Virus record (IMG/VR): IMGVR_UViG_3300025418_000002
Location: 1 to 57,458 of that record
DNA length: 57,458 nucleotides
Strand: one strand, 5' to 3'
DNA from: a virus
Taxonomy: Duplodnaviria > Caudoviricetes
Shown here: in pieces, positions 1 to 9,654 of the stretch
Layout: each line of letters begins with the position of its first letter
How positions within the stretch are numbered: position 1 is the stretch's first letter
Program-made: the position numbers and the translations under genes
The notes under the pieces: generated by a model
The model's database searches: none
Seen by the model: the letters and a program-made list of their open reading frames with translations, nothing else
Told to the model about the DNA's origin: nothing

Positions 1-127
1 CAGGCATAGGACCAGGCATAGGACGGCGGCGAGGGATAACCCCAGGGGCGCCAATACCACCAGGCATCCTAGATACAGGAGGGGACCCAATAGGACCTCC
101 CATTGGCTGTCCAGTTATTGGATGAAA
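1..127. repeat. Terminal direct repeat, copy 1 (circularisation overlap)
   Basis: Bases 1-127 are identical to 57332-57458. 127 nt is a common assembler k-mer, and a reading frame runs in phase across the junction. Confidence 0.95.
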
Positions 128-1375
128 TCCTGTAGGTGTAACTCCACCACCCATTGGCGGCACTTGAGGCCCGCCCATTGGAGGACGCATTATTCCAGGG
201 CCGACACTTGGGGGTAATTGGCTAACTCCTGGAGGCATTGGCGCAGGAGCCGGACCAAAGGAGCCAGTAGGGACAGCGGAAGGAGCTGGCCCAAAAGATC
301 CAGTAGGAGTAGATCCAGGACCAGGCATAACGGCCACAGGAGGAGCCGCAACAGGCGCACCCATCATTGGGCCGCCGTTAAACTTACCTACACGGCCACC
401 ACTTTTAAACGGCATACCAGGAACACCACCTGGAGGAGGCGCACCAGGAGCCATCCCTGGGGGTGTTGGCGCAGGACCAGCAGCACCCATAGGCGGAGCC
501 GCAGGGGCGCCAACTGGTGCAGGCATGCCAGCACCCATTGGAATACCCATATCAGACAAAGGCTGATTACTTTTACTTGTTTCAATTTTTATGCTGATTT
601 CTGGGAAGTGTTTATTTTTACGGCCTTTACTTTTCTTTTCACCAGTTAATCCGCCGCCCCAAGCCTTGCCAAGGCGTCCAAGCGTCTCAGCCAACCGCGC
701 ACGTTTTCCTAACTTTCCGCCCTTTTCAGCCGCAGCATGAAGCTTCTTAGCTGGAATCTTCTCACCAGCAGGAACACCTAACTGCTTATGTAAGGCTCCC
801 TTATGCTTAATAGCTTTCTGAATCCACTTGCCGCCACCTTCAGCTTTGCCAGTAAGGGCTTCTTTCTTAACCATCTTCTTAATGAGGGATTTATCCTCAG
901 CAACATCAGGATGATCTGCCTTGCCGCCCTTCTTATAATGCTGGGCAGCGCCACGGACTGGCTTAATCTTTTCCGTTCCAATGCGGGCCTTATCCGTCTG
1001 CGTCTCTTTGTCAGATGGAACTTCGCCGCCATGCTTAAGGCCGCCAATGTGCTTCACGCCTTCGCGTGACTTATTGGCTTCCTTCATGTTCTTGTTGGCC
1101 ATGCCAACACCAATTTCTTTTTCTACAGCGCCGCCTGCCTTGCGGGCCTTTCTGTCAGCTCTGGCCTTGGAAGCTGCACCCGCAGCCTTACCAACAACCT
1201 TGCCACCCTTCTTATAATTCCGAGGGGAGATAGGACGCATGCCCGTCTTGGCTTCCGTATTCAACGGTTCAGCTGGGATCCAGTCTGAGCTATCTACCTT
1301 TTGATCCTTTTCGCCAGCAAGAGAACGGGCTTTCGCCTTCATCTTCTCGCGGGCCTCTTTGGCAATTTTATACAT
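1..1375 (-). CDS. 5' part of a 525-aa junction-spanning Lys/Gly/Pro-rich late protein with ~11 xxxGG motifs (joins 57331..57129)
   Basis: ATG at 1375 with GGAG upstream. Hand translation MYKIAKEAREKMKAKARSLAGEKDQKVDSSDWIPAEPLNTEAKTGMRPISPRNYKKGGKV... has no stop down to base 1 and is in frame with ORF 57129..57434 (1375+203=1578 nt). Confidence 0.9.
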   Translation of the reverse strand, partial: MYKIAKEAREKMKAKARSLAGEKDQKVDSSDWIPAEPLNTEAKTGMRPISPRNYKKGGKVVGKAAGAASKARADRKARKAGGAVEKEIGVGMANKNMKEANKSREGVKHIGGLKHGGEVPSDKETQTDKARIGTEKIKPVRGAAQHYKKGGKADHPDVAEDKSLIKKMVKKEALTGKAEGGGKWIQKAIKHKGALHKQLGVPAGEKIPAKKLHAAAEKGGKLGKRARLAETLGRLGKAWGGGLTGEKKSKGRKNKHFPEISIKIETSKSNQPLSDMGIPMGAGMPAPVGAPAAPPMGAAGPAPTPPGMAPGAPPPGGVPGMPFKSGGRVGKFNGGPMMGAPVAAPPVAVMPGPGSTPTGSFGPAPSAVPTGSFGPAPAPMPPGVSQLPPSVGPGIMRPPMGGPQVPPMGGGVTPTGFHPITGQPMGGPIGSPPVSRMPGGIGAPGVIPRRRPMPGPMP

Positions 1376-1485
1376 TTAAACTCTCCGGCCAGATTGTGGG
1401 GCGTCCCCCCTCCGCAAAAGCTTGCGGAAGCAAAGATAATATACTAGCGTAGATAATATTCATAGTGTTGATATGGGGGATTGAT

Positions 1486-1665
1486 ATGGAGCATTTCACT
1501 CAATATGACGCCGAGTGCCTTATAGAGTCTATCCACACAAAAATAGGCGAGCTTATTCTTGTTTTAGGGTTAGACCTAGAAAAAAATAAAGATGCAGAAA
1601 TCATTATTAACGAATTAAACATGCTTGTTGGTGACATTAAAGGTTATACCATTCCACCAACATAA
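1486..1665 (+). CDS. Small hypothetical protein, antisense to the late operon
   Basis: AT-rich ORF MEHFTQYDAE... with a G-rich RBS; overlaps the 3' end of the 675-aa gene. Confidence 0.45.
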   Translation: MEHFTQYDAECLIESIHTKIGELILVLGLDLEKNKDAEIIINELNMLVGDIKGYTIPPT

Positions 1666-3671
1666 TACCCCCATCCTTTTTTATTTTTTTCAAGATAGCT
1701 CATAATATTATCAAGCCATTCTTGGTCCGCCTTTTGAACAGGCGTCTGAGTCATTAACGCTTGCTGATACATTGTAGGCGTCATAGGGACCATTCTTCCT
1801 GATTTCTTTTCAAGATATTCTGGCTTTATGTTCTTATACCAATTTGGGAACATTAACCGAGCAGGAACTTGATGCTCAAATCCTCCAGCATATCCAATAT
1901 TTCCGGGTAACTGCCCCCCGTATGTTTCATGTATATGCTCTGGATCAACTAAAATTTTTCCCTTAGGGTCTAATCTTGATAAAGAATAACCACTTGCCAA
2001 ATGTTCCCCGCTTATAAGATTAGGGTCCATTGCAGCAACTCTAGCTGCTCCAACATCTGGGAACCCACCTTTTATCATAGTGGATCTATCTAGGGCTTTT
2101 GCAAATTCAGATGAAGCTGTTCCAGGGCGACTTGCTAGAAACTTTTCTGATTCTTTCCAATTTTCAAAACCTGGCCACTCACCAGCTTTGTCACTTACTT
2201 TTCCAGAAACAAAATCATTAAGCTTCTTTAATGCAGATGTATCAAGATTTAAGTTTGGAGCTTGCCTTAACAAACTTTGAGCAATCATATGGGAAGAATC
2301 CATACTAGGAATACCCATAAGAGTGTGGGCCATATAAACAGGAACATCTTCATCAGGTAATTGGGACTGTATTTTTTCTAACATTTGTTTGGCTGTTGCT
2401 GGGCGAGATGCCCAAGGAGAAGGAGCAAACCTAGACCTCTGATAATTACCTCCACCTTGAAGCAAAACAGGCTCCGCTAATGGAACGCCATTAATTTCAT
2501 GCAAAATCATTTCAGCTTCAGTTCTATCTCCTAAGGCAGGAGCAACATAGGCTCCCTCTTTATATAAATCCTCTGGGGTCAGAACTTTCTTAGGCCGCAA
2601 TAATCCTGTTGGAGTAGCCACATATTCAATTTCACTTAATGGTTTTCCAAAGTTCGAAACTTGCAATTCCGAAGAAAGATTCGGGTCTCGTGAAATAATA
2701 TCAGAAGCTTTGACAACTGAAGGCTTTAATCCTTTTACAATATTTAACGCCTTTGCTATTGGTCCAGCTTCAGCATCTTCTGGCATAAGAGCAGCGGCGC
2801 CAACCGCAGCCGCCTTCGCAGCCTTTCCTGGAAGACCAAGAGCTGATAACGCAGCAGTAGTTGGGTCCCCCTCACGCAATCCAACCGCAACATCTCTTGC
2901 CGCAGCAATAGGAGCAGCCGGCGTAAAGTAAGGAGCTATCTCTGAAGCAGCTTGGAGGGCTGGCTGAATAACGTCAGTAGTTCCCTTTGGATATGTGCCA
3001 AGAGGAAGACGCGAATGTGTTAAAGGTTCCTCAATTGACATAGGCGCAAATTCAACCGCGCCGCTTACACCTTTATGGTGCGTAGCGCCTTCCCGCGCAG
3101 CAACTTCATTGGCTGTTTTAATAGCAGCCTCAATGTCGTCAGGAGTCCCGCCGCCTTGCATAACCTGTCTTCCAACTTCAGGAAGGTAATGTGTCGGAAA
3201 CCCATCCTCTAATACTGGCCCACCATCCGCCCGCTTCAAAACAGGCGCAGCAGCAAAGCTCCAGGCAATCAACCGACGAAAGAAAGCGCCGGAATCATCA
3301 TCACCTAAATCATGCTGATAAGGAATGCCGCCGCCAAGAGCTCTTTCGTCTCTGCCATCATCATCAGTATGGCGAAAATCCATGACAGGAACCTCTTTAA
3401 TTCCTAGCTCTTTTGACGCCTCAGCTCTGTGTCTGCCGTCTTGGATATTGTCTTTATACAGCTTCAAAGGACCAATATGATGACCATGCTTAATATGCTT
3501 CTTGAAGCCACGGATAATGGACCTATCCCCTTCATCCATTTCCATCTCTTGAGTCTCTCCAAGAAACTCGCCCGGAGAAATATTTTTCAGCTTTGCTTTT
3601 CCAGCCTTCAACTCAAGCTTGGCTTCCTTTGGCATGGCTAATGGATATTTAAGTTTCTTCTTAGCCATCAT
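1644..3671 (-). CDS. 675-aa multidomain late protein with an N-terminal ParB/Srx-like domain and xxxGG-delimited segments
   Basis: IGPLKLYKDNIQDGRHRAEASKELGIKEVPV is ParB-like (DGxHR). Contains RALGGG, RADGGPV, MQGGG and a terminal YYVGGMV. Start overlaps the portal stop. Confidence 0.7.
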   Translation of the reverse strand: MMAKKKLKYPLAMPKEAKLELKAGKAKLKNISPGEFLGETQEMEMDEGDRSIIRGFKKHIKHGHHIGPLKLYKDNIQDGRHRAEASKELGIKEVPVMDFRHTDDDGRDERALGGGIPYQHDLGDDDSGAFFRRLIAWSFAAAPVLKRADGGPVLEDGFPTHYLPEVGRQVMQGGGTPDDIEAAIKTANEVAAREGATHHKGVSGAVEFAPMSIEEPLTHSRLPLGTYPKGTTDVIQPALQAASEIAPYFTPAAPIAAARDVAVGLREGDPTTAALSALGLPGKAAKAAAVGAAALMPEDAEAGPIAKALNIVKGLKPSVVKASDIISRDPNLSSELQVSNFGKPLSEIEYVATPTGLLRPKKVLTPEDLYKEGAYVAPALGDRTEAEMILHEINGVPLAEPVLLQGGGNYQRSRFAPSPWASRPATAKQMLEKIQSQLPDEDVPVYMAHTLMGIPSMDSSHMIAQSLLRQAPNLNLDTSALKKLNDFVSGKVSDKAGEWPGFENWKESEKFLASRPGTASSEFAKALDRSTMIKGGFPDVGAARVAAMDPNLISGEHLASGYSLSRLDPKGKILVDPEHIHETYGGQLPGNIGYAGGFEHQVPARLMFPNWYKNIKPEYLEKKSGRMVPMTPTMYQQALMTQTPVQKADQEWLDNIMSYLEKNKKGWGYYVGGMV

Positions 3672-6037
3672 TCACCTGTATTGATTATAGGTAATGGAGC
3701 CTCTTGGCTTTCCAGCCTTTGAAGCATGCCAGGCTCAATAATGCTTTGGATAATAGGAAGCGACGTAGGATTGGCCGCAATATCCTCAGCCAACTTTACA
3801 GCCGCCAGTCTTTCACGGCTTTCCCTATCCCGCTGACGGTTTATGGCGTCAAACTGACTGTCCATAACCTTATGTTGCAACTCCTCACGCTGTTGCTGCA
3901 ACTCCATTTGCTTCTCTTGCAACTCAGCCTGCTTCATTTGAACTTCCATCAACTGAGCAGGGTCAGGCTGTTGATTTGGATTGTTTTGGCTTTGAGCCTT
4001 AATCTGGACCTCAGCAGCCTTAGACTGTGCATCCATTGTCCTAGCGTCAGCCTCTTGCTTCTGAATCTTCAACTGCTCTTGAGCCAGTTGAACCTCAGGC
4101 GGCGTCTGAGGCTGACCCGCCGTAGCAGCCATAAACTGCTCAGGGTTGCTCCAGCCAATGGCTTTCATTGCAACCATGTCAATCTTAATTGGGTCATACA
4201 TACCAGGGTTGCCTTGCTGCAATTGCTTCAAAGCCATTACCTTCATTAGTCGCTGTGTTTGACTAGCTGTGTTTGGATCAGCCTGCGGAACCAACTCATA
4301 ATTGTCCAGGGCCTCAATAAACAGCTGATAGTTCCAAGGTGCAGATGGAGACTTCATACGCTTCCAAAAGCTTTCAGGATGCTCCCTAAAGCAACGCACC
4401 AACAACTGAAACTCTTCAGCCTGTGACGCATGCATGCGCTTGTGAACGGAATTAAGAATCTTTGTAGCCTGGTCAATCATTGCCAGCGTTGTGCCAACAG
4501 GCGCATCTTGGCGCCCTTCACCAACTTGCAACTCACTTGTTGAGCCAACACGCTGGCCAGTCTCAACCATGTTGCTAACCAAATTCATCATAGCCTGCCC
4601 AGGCTCTTTGTAGGGCAATGGCATAATGGCTTGGCTAATTGGCATTCCGCCAGTTTTTACTAAAGCGCCCCCACCTGGAGGAACACGGAAGATATTTGTA
4701 TTTTGGCGGGCACCAGTATCTGCCATGAGGAAGCCCGGAAAATTTGCATACATTCCGGCGTCTAACATTTCTCGCCATGCAGCCGTCACCGCATTAGTAG
4801 TGTTGCCAAGGATGTGAAGTAAACCAATGTCGTAAAAGCCCATACCGGGGACGAAAGAATATTTAACAAAGTTGTTTCGCGCTTCAGGTAATTCATCACC
4901 TTCCTCGCCCGTCGGTTCATCATAGTTTCTTACAATGGAGAGTATTTCCCTAGAGGATACATCAATAGTTACTCTGTAGGGAATCTCTAATCCTGTCTCT
5001 TTTCCTTTATATTTGTGCTCATGTCCCCTTATGTTTAATTCGCAATAAATTTCATAAATTTCTCTATCTCTGTCTTCAGGATTTCTTGTATCAATAGAAA
5101 TGCCTTGCTGATCCGCCTTTTGGCGTTGAACCGCATCCGGCTGATCCATTGACGGAACTGTTAAATCAATGTCTCGGTAAACGCCTAAAATCTGCAAACG
5201 CTTAACAGTAGACTGACGCATGAAAACACGGTGAGTAGTGCGCTTGGCGTTACTCAAATCCGTCGCAGCATTATTAACAATCAAGTCATCAGCGTCTACC
5301 GTCTCAGAAACTGGACGGCCTCGAAGTGGGCAGAAGTAAACTTTCTTAAATGATGTCCCCCCAAACCCAAGCATAAATAGCATTCTGTCTGTGTCTGGGT
5401 AATACTCACGCGCGACAGCCGTAAGATAATGGTTGAGGTCTTTTTCAAGAGCATCCGCCAATCCATCTTCCTGCATGGTGGCCATATAGTCGTCGTTACG
5501 AATTTTAACTGGACCATCCGTCGGAAGAAGCTCACTTCTTGCATTAGCTTGGAAGCGAAGAACAGATTCAAGAAGAAGCGGATGTCTTACCTTGCTCATA
5601 CCCTCAACAGGGGCACCGTCCGCTGCGCCCTGTATTCCAGGGATTTCTATCTTAAGGCCAAGAAGCTTAATGCCTTGCGCCCTGTCTTCAATCCATTCAT
5701 TGCGGCTGTCTAAGTCATCTCTAACGCCGCGAAGCAGGTCTTCGGCAATTCTGCCTAACTCCATGCTATCAATATCTTCAACAAGATTGCCAAACCACTC
5801 AGCGGATTTATCAGCCTCAGACTCTTTGCCAAGACCATTTCCGTCCAAGGATATGCTGACTGACCCGTCACCGTGTTCAATCTTTATGATGTTGCCAGAG
5901 TCGTCTACTTCTTGCCTGTCATCATTATCTTCAAGGATTTCAACTAAAATATCTTCAGCTGCGCCGAGGCCTTGGGGCTCCTGGCCCTCTACTTGCCGGA
6001 TGGCTGGATTGAGGCCGGGAGTCATACCCATAATCAA
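3668..6037 (-). CDS. Portal protein (P22-like, with Gln-rich C-terminal barrel)
   Basis: 789 aa, downstream of TerL. HPLLLESVLRFQANARSELLP, GTSFKKVY, PGMGFYDIGLLHILG and APVGTTLA motifs; coiled-coil Q-rich tail. Confidence 0.9.
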   Translation of the reverse strand: MIMGMTPGLNPAIRQVEGQEPQGLGAAEDILVEILEDNDDRQEVDDSGNIIKIEHGDGSVSISLDGNGLGKESEADKSAEWFGNLVEDIDSMELGRIAEDLLRGVRDDLDSRNEWIEDRAQGIKLLGLKIEIPGIQGAADGAPVEGMSKVRHPLLLESVLRFQANARSELLPTDGPVKIRNDDYMATMQEDGLADALEKDLNHYLTAVAREYYPDTDRMLFMLGFGGTSFKKVYFCPLRGRPVSETVDADDLIVNNAATDLSNAKRTTHRVFMRQSTVKRLQILGVYRDIDLTVPSMDQPDAVQRQKADQQGISIDTRNPEDRDREIYEIYCELNIRGHEHKYKGKETGLEIPYRVTIDVSSREILSIVRNYDEPTGEEGDELPEARNNFVKYSFVPGMGFYDIGLLHILGNTTNAVTAAWREMLDAGMYANFPGFLMADTGARQNTNIFRVPPGGGALVKTGGMPISQAIMPLPYKEPGQAMMNLVSNMVETGQRVGSTSELQVGEGRQDAPVGTTLAMIDQATKILNSVHKRMHASQAEEFQLLVRCFREHPESFWKRMKSPSAPWNYQLFIEALDNYELVPQADPNTASQTQRLMKVMALKQLQQGNPGMYDPIKIDMVAMKAIGWSNPEQFMAATAGQPQTPPEVQLAQEQLKIQKQEADARTMDAQSKAAEVQIKAQSQNNPNQQPDPAQLMEVQMKQAELQEKQMELQQQREELQHKVMDSQFDAINRQRDRESRERLAAVKLAEDIAANPTSLPIIQSIIEPGMLQRLESQEAPLPIINTGE

Positions 6038-6249
6038 CTGTCCTTACTATCAACGAGTTTACCAATTTCTTCGCAAAACCTATCAAGGCCCTCGCGGGCT
6101 GCTAGTGTATCAGTTTTGGAAGCTATTTCATAGACGCGCACATAATCATGTGGCTCTTTCCCCCACACCTCAACTTTATATTTTCCCAGACCCTTGCCAT
6201 GAGGTGGCGCAGCTTCCAGAACGTCAACAACTGCGTTGGCGTAAATCAT
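6034..6249 (-). CDS. Hypothetical protein (71 aa) between TerL and portal
   Basis: Likely start ATG 6249 (MIYANAVVD...), just after the TerL stop; stop overlaps the portal start. Confidence 0.65.
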   Translation of the reverse strand: MIYANAVVDVLEAAPPHGKGLGKYKVEVWGKEPHDYVRVYEIASKTDTLAAREGLDRFCEEIGKLVDSKDS

Positions 6250-6262
6250 TGTGTCTTCCCAT

Positions 6263-7900
6263 CTATATTGGATAGAGCGGCTCCTCCTCAGAGCCGTGAT
6301 GCACTCTACCTTGGTCGAGGTCTGCCGTCCATTCAGCGTTTCTAACAAGCAGTCCGGCGTCCCGCAGGTGCCGCAGCGCCATGCTAACCGTGTCAGCAAG
6401 GTCGTCATGTTTTGCTTTTGGAAACTGAGCAACTTGAGTAATGACCATATCCGCCCATGACCTGTCCGGCGCGTAGATAAGCCCCTCAGCAAAAAGATGC
6501 TGAACACTGTATAGGCGCGCCATCTTATCTTGAGACTTAGGGTCAATCAATTGGACCATAAACTCCTCATGGCCATAAAGGCGACGAATCTCCTGGGCTA
6601 CACTGTGGCCGCTGGCTTTATTCTCAACAAGCAGCTTATCTACCTTGTAGGCGCCCATTGTCTCTTGGACTTTCTCAACGAGCTCATGCAACTCCAGCCT
6701 TTCCGCCCAGGCATACATCAGCATGGCCCTGGGGTGCTCCTGAGTATAGGTTCTCTCAAGAACACTCAGCATTTCACCTTCTGACGTTGGCATGCGCGTG
6801 ACTTGCGCTGTCTGGTCTCCACCAGTCCATATCCCCCAAACAGTCATGGCAGACGGGTCATTCTCAGTCTTGGTGGTGTATGCCGTATCTAATGACGCAA
6901 TGATGTAGTCAAATGGCGGATAAGACTTATCCTTCCAGAGCTGCCACCATTCCCTTTTGATGATACCGCCACCCCTTGGTTCCGGCGACTGTTGAAACTG
7001 CCCGGCTGTGGCGTAGGGTCCCATAATCCGTTCATCCCTATCAACCACAGATTCGGGAAAACGAGCCGGAAAAAGAAGTTCCCCTTCTTCTGTTCTTGGG
7101 TCTTCAAGGCCAAGCAATGTGGGGAATGACCTCCCCGGCTCGTAGCGCATTGGAAGCATAATATGGTCATAACCCAAATCCTTTTCTAAAATGACGCCGG
7201 AGACATCTTCTTCATGCAGTCTTTGCATAATGACAACAATTGCCGACCTATCAGGATTATTTAAGCGGGTTGGAACTGCCTCACTGAACCACAGAATGGT
7301 TGACTGGCGTTGCTGGTCAGATGCGGCGCCCTCAACGCTGTGCGGGTCGTCTATGATAACTCTGTCACCTCTGGCGCCGGTAATAGATCCGGCTGCGACA
7401 GCCTGGCGGAATCCTGTCGAGGTGTTTTCAAACTTGGTCTTCTGGTTCTGATCTTTGGTAAGCTGAACTCTCTCACCCCATCTTTCTTGATACCATTCGC
7501 TTTCAATAAGCCGGCGCATCCGCAAGCCGTCACGGATGGCTAGGTCTTGGCTGTGGCTGGCGCAGACGTAACGCATGTGGGGGAGGTTCTGTGGACCCCA
7601 CTCCCATGCTGGCCAGAATACGTTAGTGAGTAGGGATTTCATTGTTCCTGGCGGAACATTCACCAGAAGTCTGTTGTAGACGCCGCCATCCGGCATTTCC
7701 AGCTCGTAGGTTACGGCTTCAAGGTGTTCACAGATGAAATCAATATGCCAGCCATGGATGTAGGTCTGACCAGGCTCAATGATATGCCATGCTTGCTTGA
7801 CGAATTCTGACAGGCTGTCTTCTGCCTGAACCTTGTCAATATTAAAAAGAACTTTATCCCAATTTAGGCTTAAGCCATCAATGGTTGTCACTTGAATCAA
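6263..7900 (-). CDS. terL: Terminase large subunit
   Basis: Walker A-like LLVNVPPGTMKS, Walker B GARGDRVIIDDPH, VVIMQRLHEED, nuclease motifs SLDTA and HDDLADT. Confidence 0.95.
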   Translation of the reverse strand: MIQVTTIDGLSLNWDKVLFNIDKVQAEDSLSEFVKQAWHIIEPGQTYIHGWHIDFICEHLEAVTYELEMPDGGVYNRLLVNVPPGTMKSLLTNVFWPAWEWGPQNLPHMRYVCASHSQDLAIRDGLRMRRLIESEWYQERWGERVQLTKDQNQKTKFENTSTGFRQAVAAGSITGARGDRVIIDDPHSVEGAASDQQRQSTILWFSEAVPTRLNNPDRSAIVVIMQRLHEEDVSGVILEKDLGYDHIMLPMRYEPGRSFPTLLGLEDPRTEEGELLFPARFPESVVDRDERIMGPYATAGQFQQSPEPRGGGIIKREWWQLWKDKSYPPFDYIIASLDTAYTTKTENDPSAMTVWGIWTGGDQTAQVTRMPTSEGEMLSVLERTYTQEHPRAMLMYAWAERLELHELVEKVQETMGAYKVDKLLVENKASGHSVAQEIRRLYGHEEFMVQLIDPKSQDKMARLYSVQHLFAEGLIYAPDRSWADMVITQVAQFPKAKHDDLADTVSMALRHLRDAGLLVRNAEWTADLDQGRVHHGSEEEPLYPI

Positions 7901-8387
7901 ATCTCCAAGTGGCTGTCCATTTTGGGACTCGCCTCAATAGCTCATTCATGTTCGTAAGCCTCTCCTGTGGAATTTGATGGGTCAGGATTCCATGGAAAGA
8001 CCTTTTAGGCTCTACGGATAATATATAGTCTTTAGTCGTCCAGCCTACGCATTTAGCGTCTGTCTTATCATCATTAGCGACAGCGAGAACGTAAATGTCT
8101 GCTAAGACCTTACCACTTTCAACATATAATGTTGAGGTATGATACGCGGCTGGAGCCTTGGTTGTCTTTACGTCTATAATTTTTAAGAATGGAACAACGA
8201 AGTCAACTCCTCTGTCTCCGTTTATTCTTTTTTCTACGTCTGGCATTTGGCCAACCAGACGCCCGAATGAAAACTCCCCAAGCAGACCTATTTCATGAGT
8301 GCTTCCGCTTGTAAATTGCCTGGTGGATGCGCTGCCGGCGTGAAGTTCTTCCCGTTCCTGAGCTACTCTTTTGATGATGTCATACAT
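7878..8387 (-). CDS. PD-(D/E)XK restriction-endonuclease-like protein
   Basis: GLLGE...DRGVDF...IDVKT pattern. Confidence 0.55.
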   Translation of the reverse strand: MYDIIKRVAQEREELHAGSASTRQFTSGSTHEIGLLGEFSFGRLVGQMPDVEKRINGDRGVDFVVPFLKIIDVKTTKAPAAYHTSTLYVESGKVLADIYVLAVANDDKTDAKCVGWTTKDYILSVEPKRSFHGILTHQIPQERLTNMNELLRRVPKWTATWRFDSSDNH

Positions 8388-8623
8388 AAGTCCCCCATAA
8401 TTTCCGTAATGATTGCGTCTTTCCGCTCTTTGACTTGGATTTTTGTGACCACATAATTTGCTTTGACATCAAAGTTTCTAACTATGTCAGCGGCTCTTTT
8501 TCTTTCTTCAACCCTGACTTTTTCAAATCCTGTTTGAGACTCCCAGTCGCATCCAGCCATGAAGGCGTCACGCCGGATGTCCATCAACTCTTCTTCAGTT
8601 AGTGATATAGTCCCTTGTGCCAC
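8363..8623 (-). CDS. Hypothetical protein
   Basis: 86-aa ORF tightly packed in the minus-strand operon. Confidence 0.6.
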   Translation of the reverse strand: MAQGTISLTEEELMDIRRDAFMAGCDWESQTGFEKVRVEERKRAADIVRNFDVKANYVVTKIQVKERKDAIITEIMGDLCMTSSKE

Positions 8624-8862
8624 ACTGTATCTCCAGTCTCATCAGCTGTCTTTAGCGCGTCCCCTATAATATTAACGAAAGTGTTGTAGGCTAGGTTTGC
8701 TTCTATTTGTGAACTGACGCCATTACAAAGAATATAAGCAGTTGCAGCAGAGAGAGTGTGGAGGGCTTCGTCGGCATCACTTAAGGACGTAAGAATGTTC
8801 AGAAGTTCACACGTAGCAGATTGTATCTTCTTCCTGTATTCTTCCGAAATTTCCTCATCCAC
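8599..8862 (-). CDS. Hypothetical helical protein (probable paralogue of 8866..9138)
   Basis: Operon packing; shares E..H.L and (A/S)(D/E)ETG...W with its neighbour. Confidence 0.65.
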   Translation of the reverse strand: MDEEISEEYRKKIQSATCELLNILTSLSDADEALHTLSAATAYILCNGVSSQIEANLAYNTFVNIIGDALKTADETGDTVWHKGLYH

Positions 8863-8865
8863 AAT

Positions 8866-9138
8866 CTATTCCTTAGCTGACTTCAACCAATATGCCTCAC
8901 CAGTTTCTTCGGACGCTTTTATGTAGGCTTTAATTCTAATTTCATTCAAATCCAACAAACTGGTGGCAACATCTTTTGTTGTAGAAAATGACGTTATGAA
9001 GCTTCCTAAGCAAACCGTTAAAATGTGGAAAACCTCTTCTGGCGAAGCGTCCATATCATTGAATACATCAAAGACTTTCTGTGAACCGCCATGAAGACGA
9101 GTCAGCTCCGTCTCATCAGTAATTACTTGTTCAGTCAT
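8866..9138 (-). CDS. Hypothetical helical protein
   Basis: ATGA overlap with the TerS stop. Confidence 0.7.
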   Translation of the reverse strand: MTEQVITDETELTRLHGGSQKVFDVFNDMDASPEEVFHILTVCLGSFITSFSTTKDVATSLLDLNEIRIKAYIKASEETGEAYWLKSAKE

Positions 9139-9653
9139 GACGCCTTCCCCTTCGCGGCTAATATTAATTGCTTTAGTGCTTCTCTCTGATCTGGTTCCAA
9201 ATTACGCGGGTCAAACTCTTCCTTGTGCTGCACCTGGATGGGCGCGCCTTCTGGTCCGCTTATCTCAGTAGATTTGCGCTCTGTGTAATCTTCCCTGAAA
9301 CGTGATGCCGCAGACCTATACCAAAGGTTTGCGTTGAAGTCCCTGTTTTTCATGTTATCACGCGCTTCGCGCTCGAACCAAGCTTGCTCATGCGTCTTAG
9401 CCGCGCGTAAAGCGGTGGAAAAATCTTTGTGAGCGGCGGCCCAATCATACAGAGAAGCCTTGTCAACATCCAACTCAGCAGCGAGCTCTGCGTGACTGAA
9501 TCCCAACTTTCCCAATTCAATAATAATGTCGCAAAACTCTGGCTCATAGCTAGAAGGGCGCCCAACTGGACGCTTCCCGGCTTTGATTGGTTTAGACTTA
9601 GCTGCGGCTATTCTTTCCCGCAGTTCTGTTAGTTTGTCTTTTTCTTCACTCAT
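9135..9653 (-). CDS. terS: Terminase small subunit
   Basis: GRPSSY..EFC..I...G.S...AA.L.V...LY.W...H.DF HTH pattern and EISGPEGAPI tail; upstream of TerL. Confidence 0.85.
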   Translation of the reverse strand: MSEEKDKLTELRERIAAAKSKPIKAGKRPVGRPSSYEPEFCDIIIELGKLGFSHAELAAELDVDKASLYDWAAAHKDFSTALRAAKTHEQAWFEREARDNMKNRDFNANLWYRSAASRFREDYTERKSTEISGPEGAPIQVQHKEEFDPRNLEPDQREALKQLILAAKGKAS

Positions 9654-9654
9654 A

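Noticed and set aside
1-127. Biological direct terminal repeat
   Set aside because: The length equals a common assembler k-mer and it falls mid-gene. It is better explained as a circularisation overlap and says nothing about the real genome ends.
218-1217. ORF-track calls 218..649, 388..585, 778..1047, 803..1069 and 981..1217
   Set aside because: Shadow frames of the real minus-strand 525-aa gene starting at 1375.
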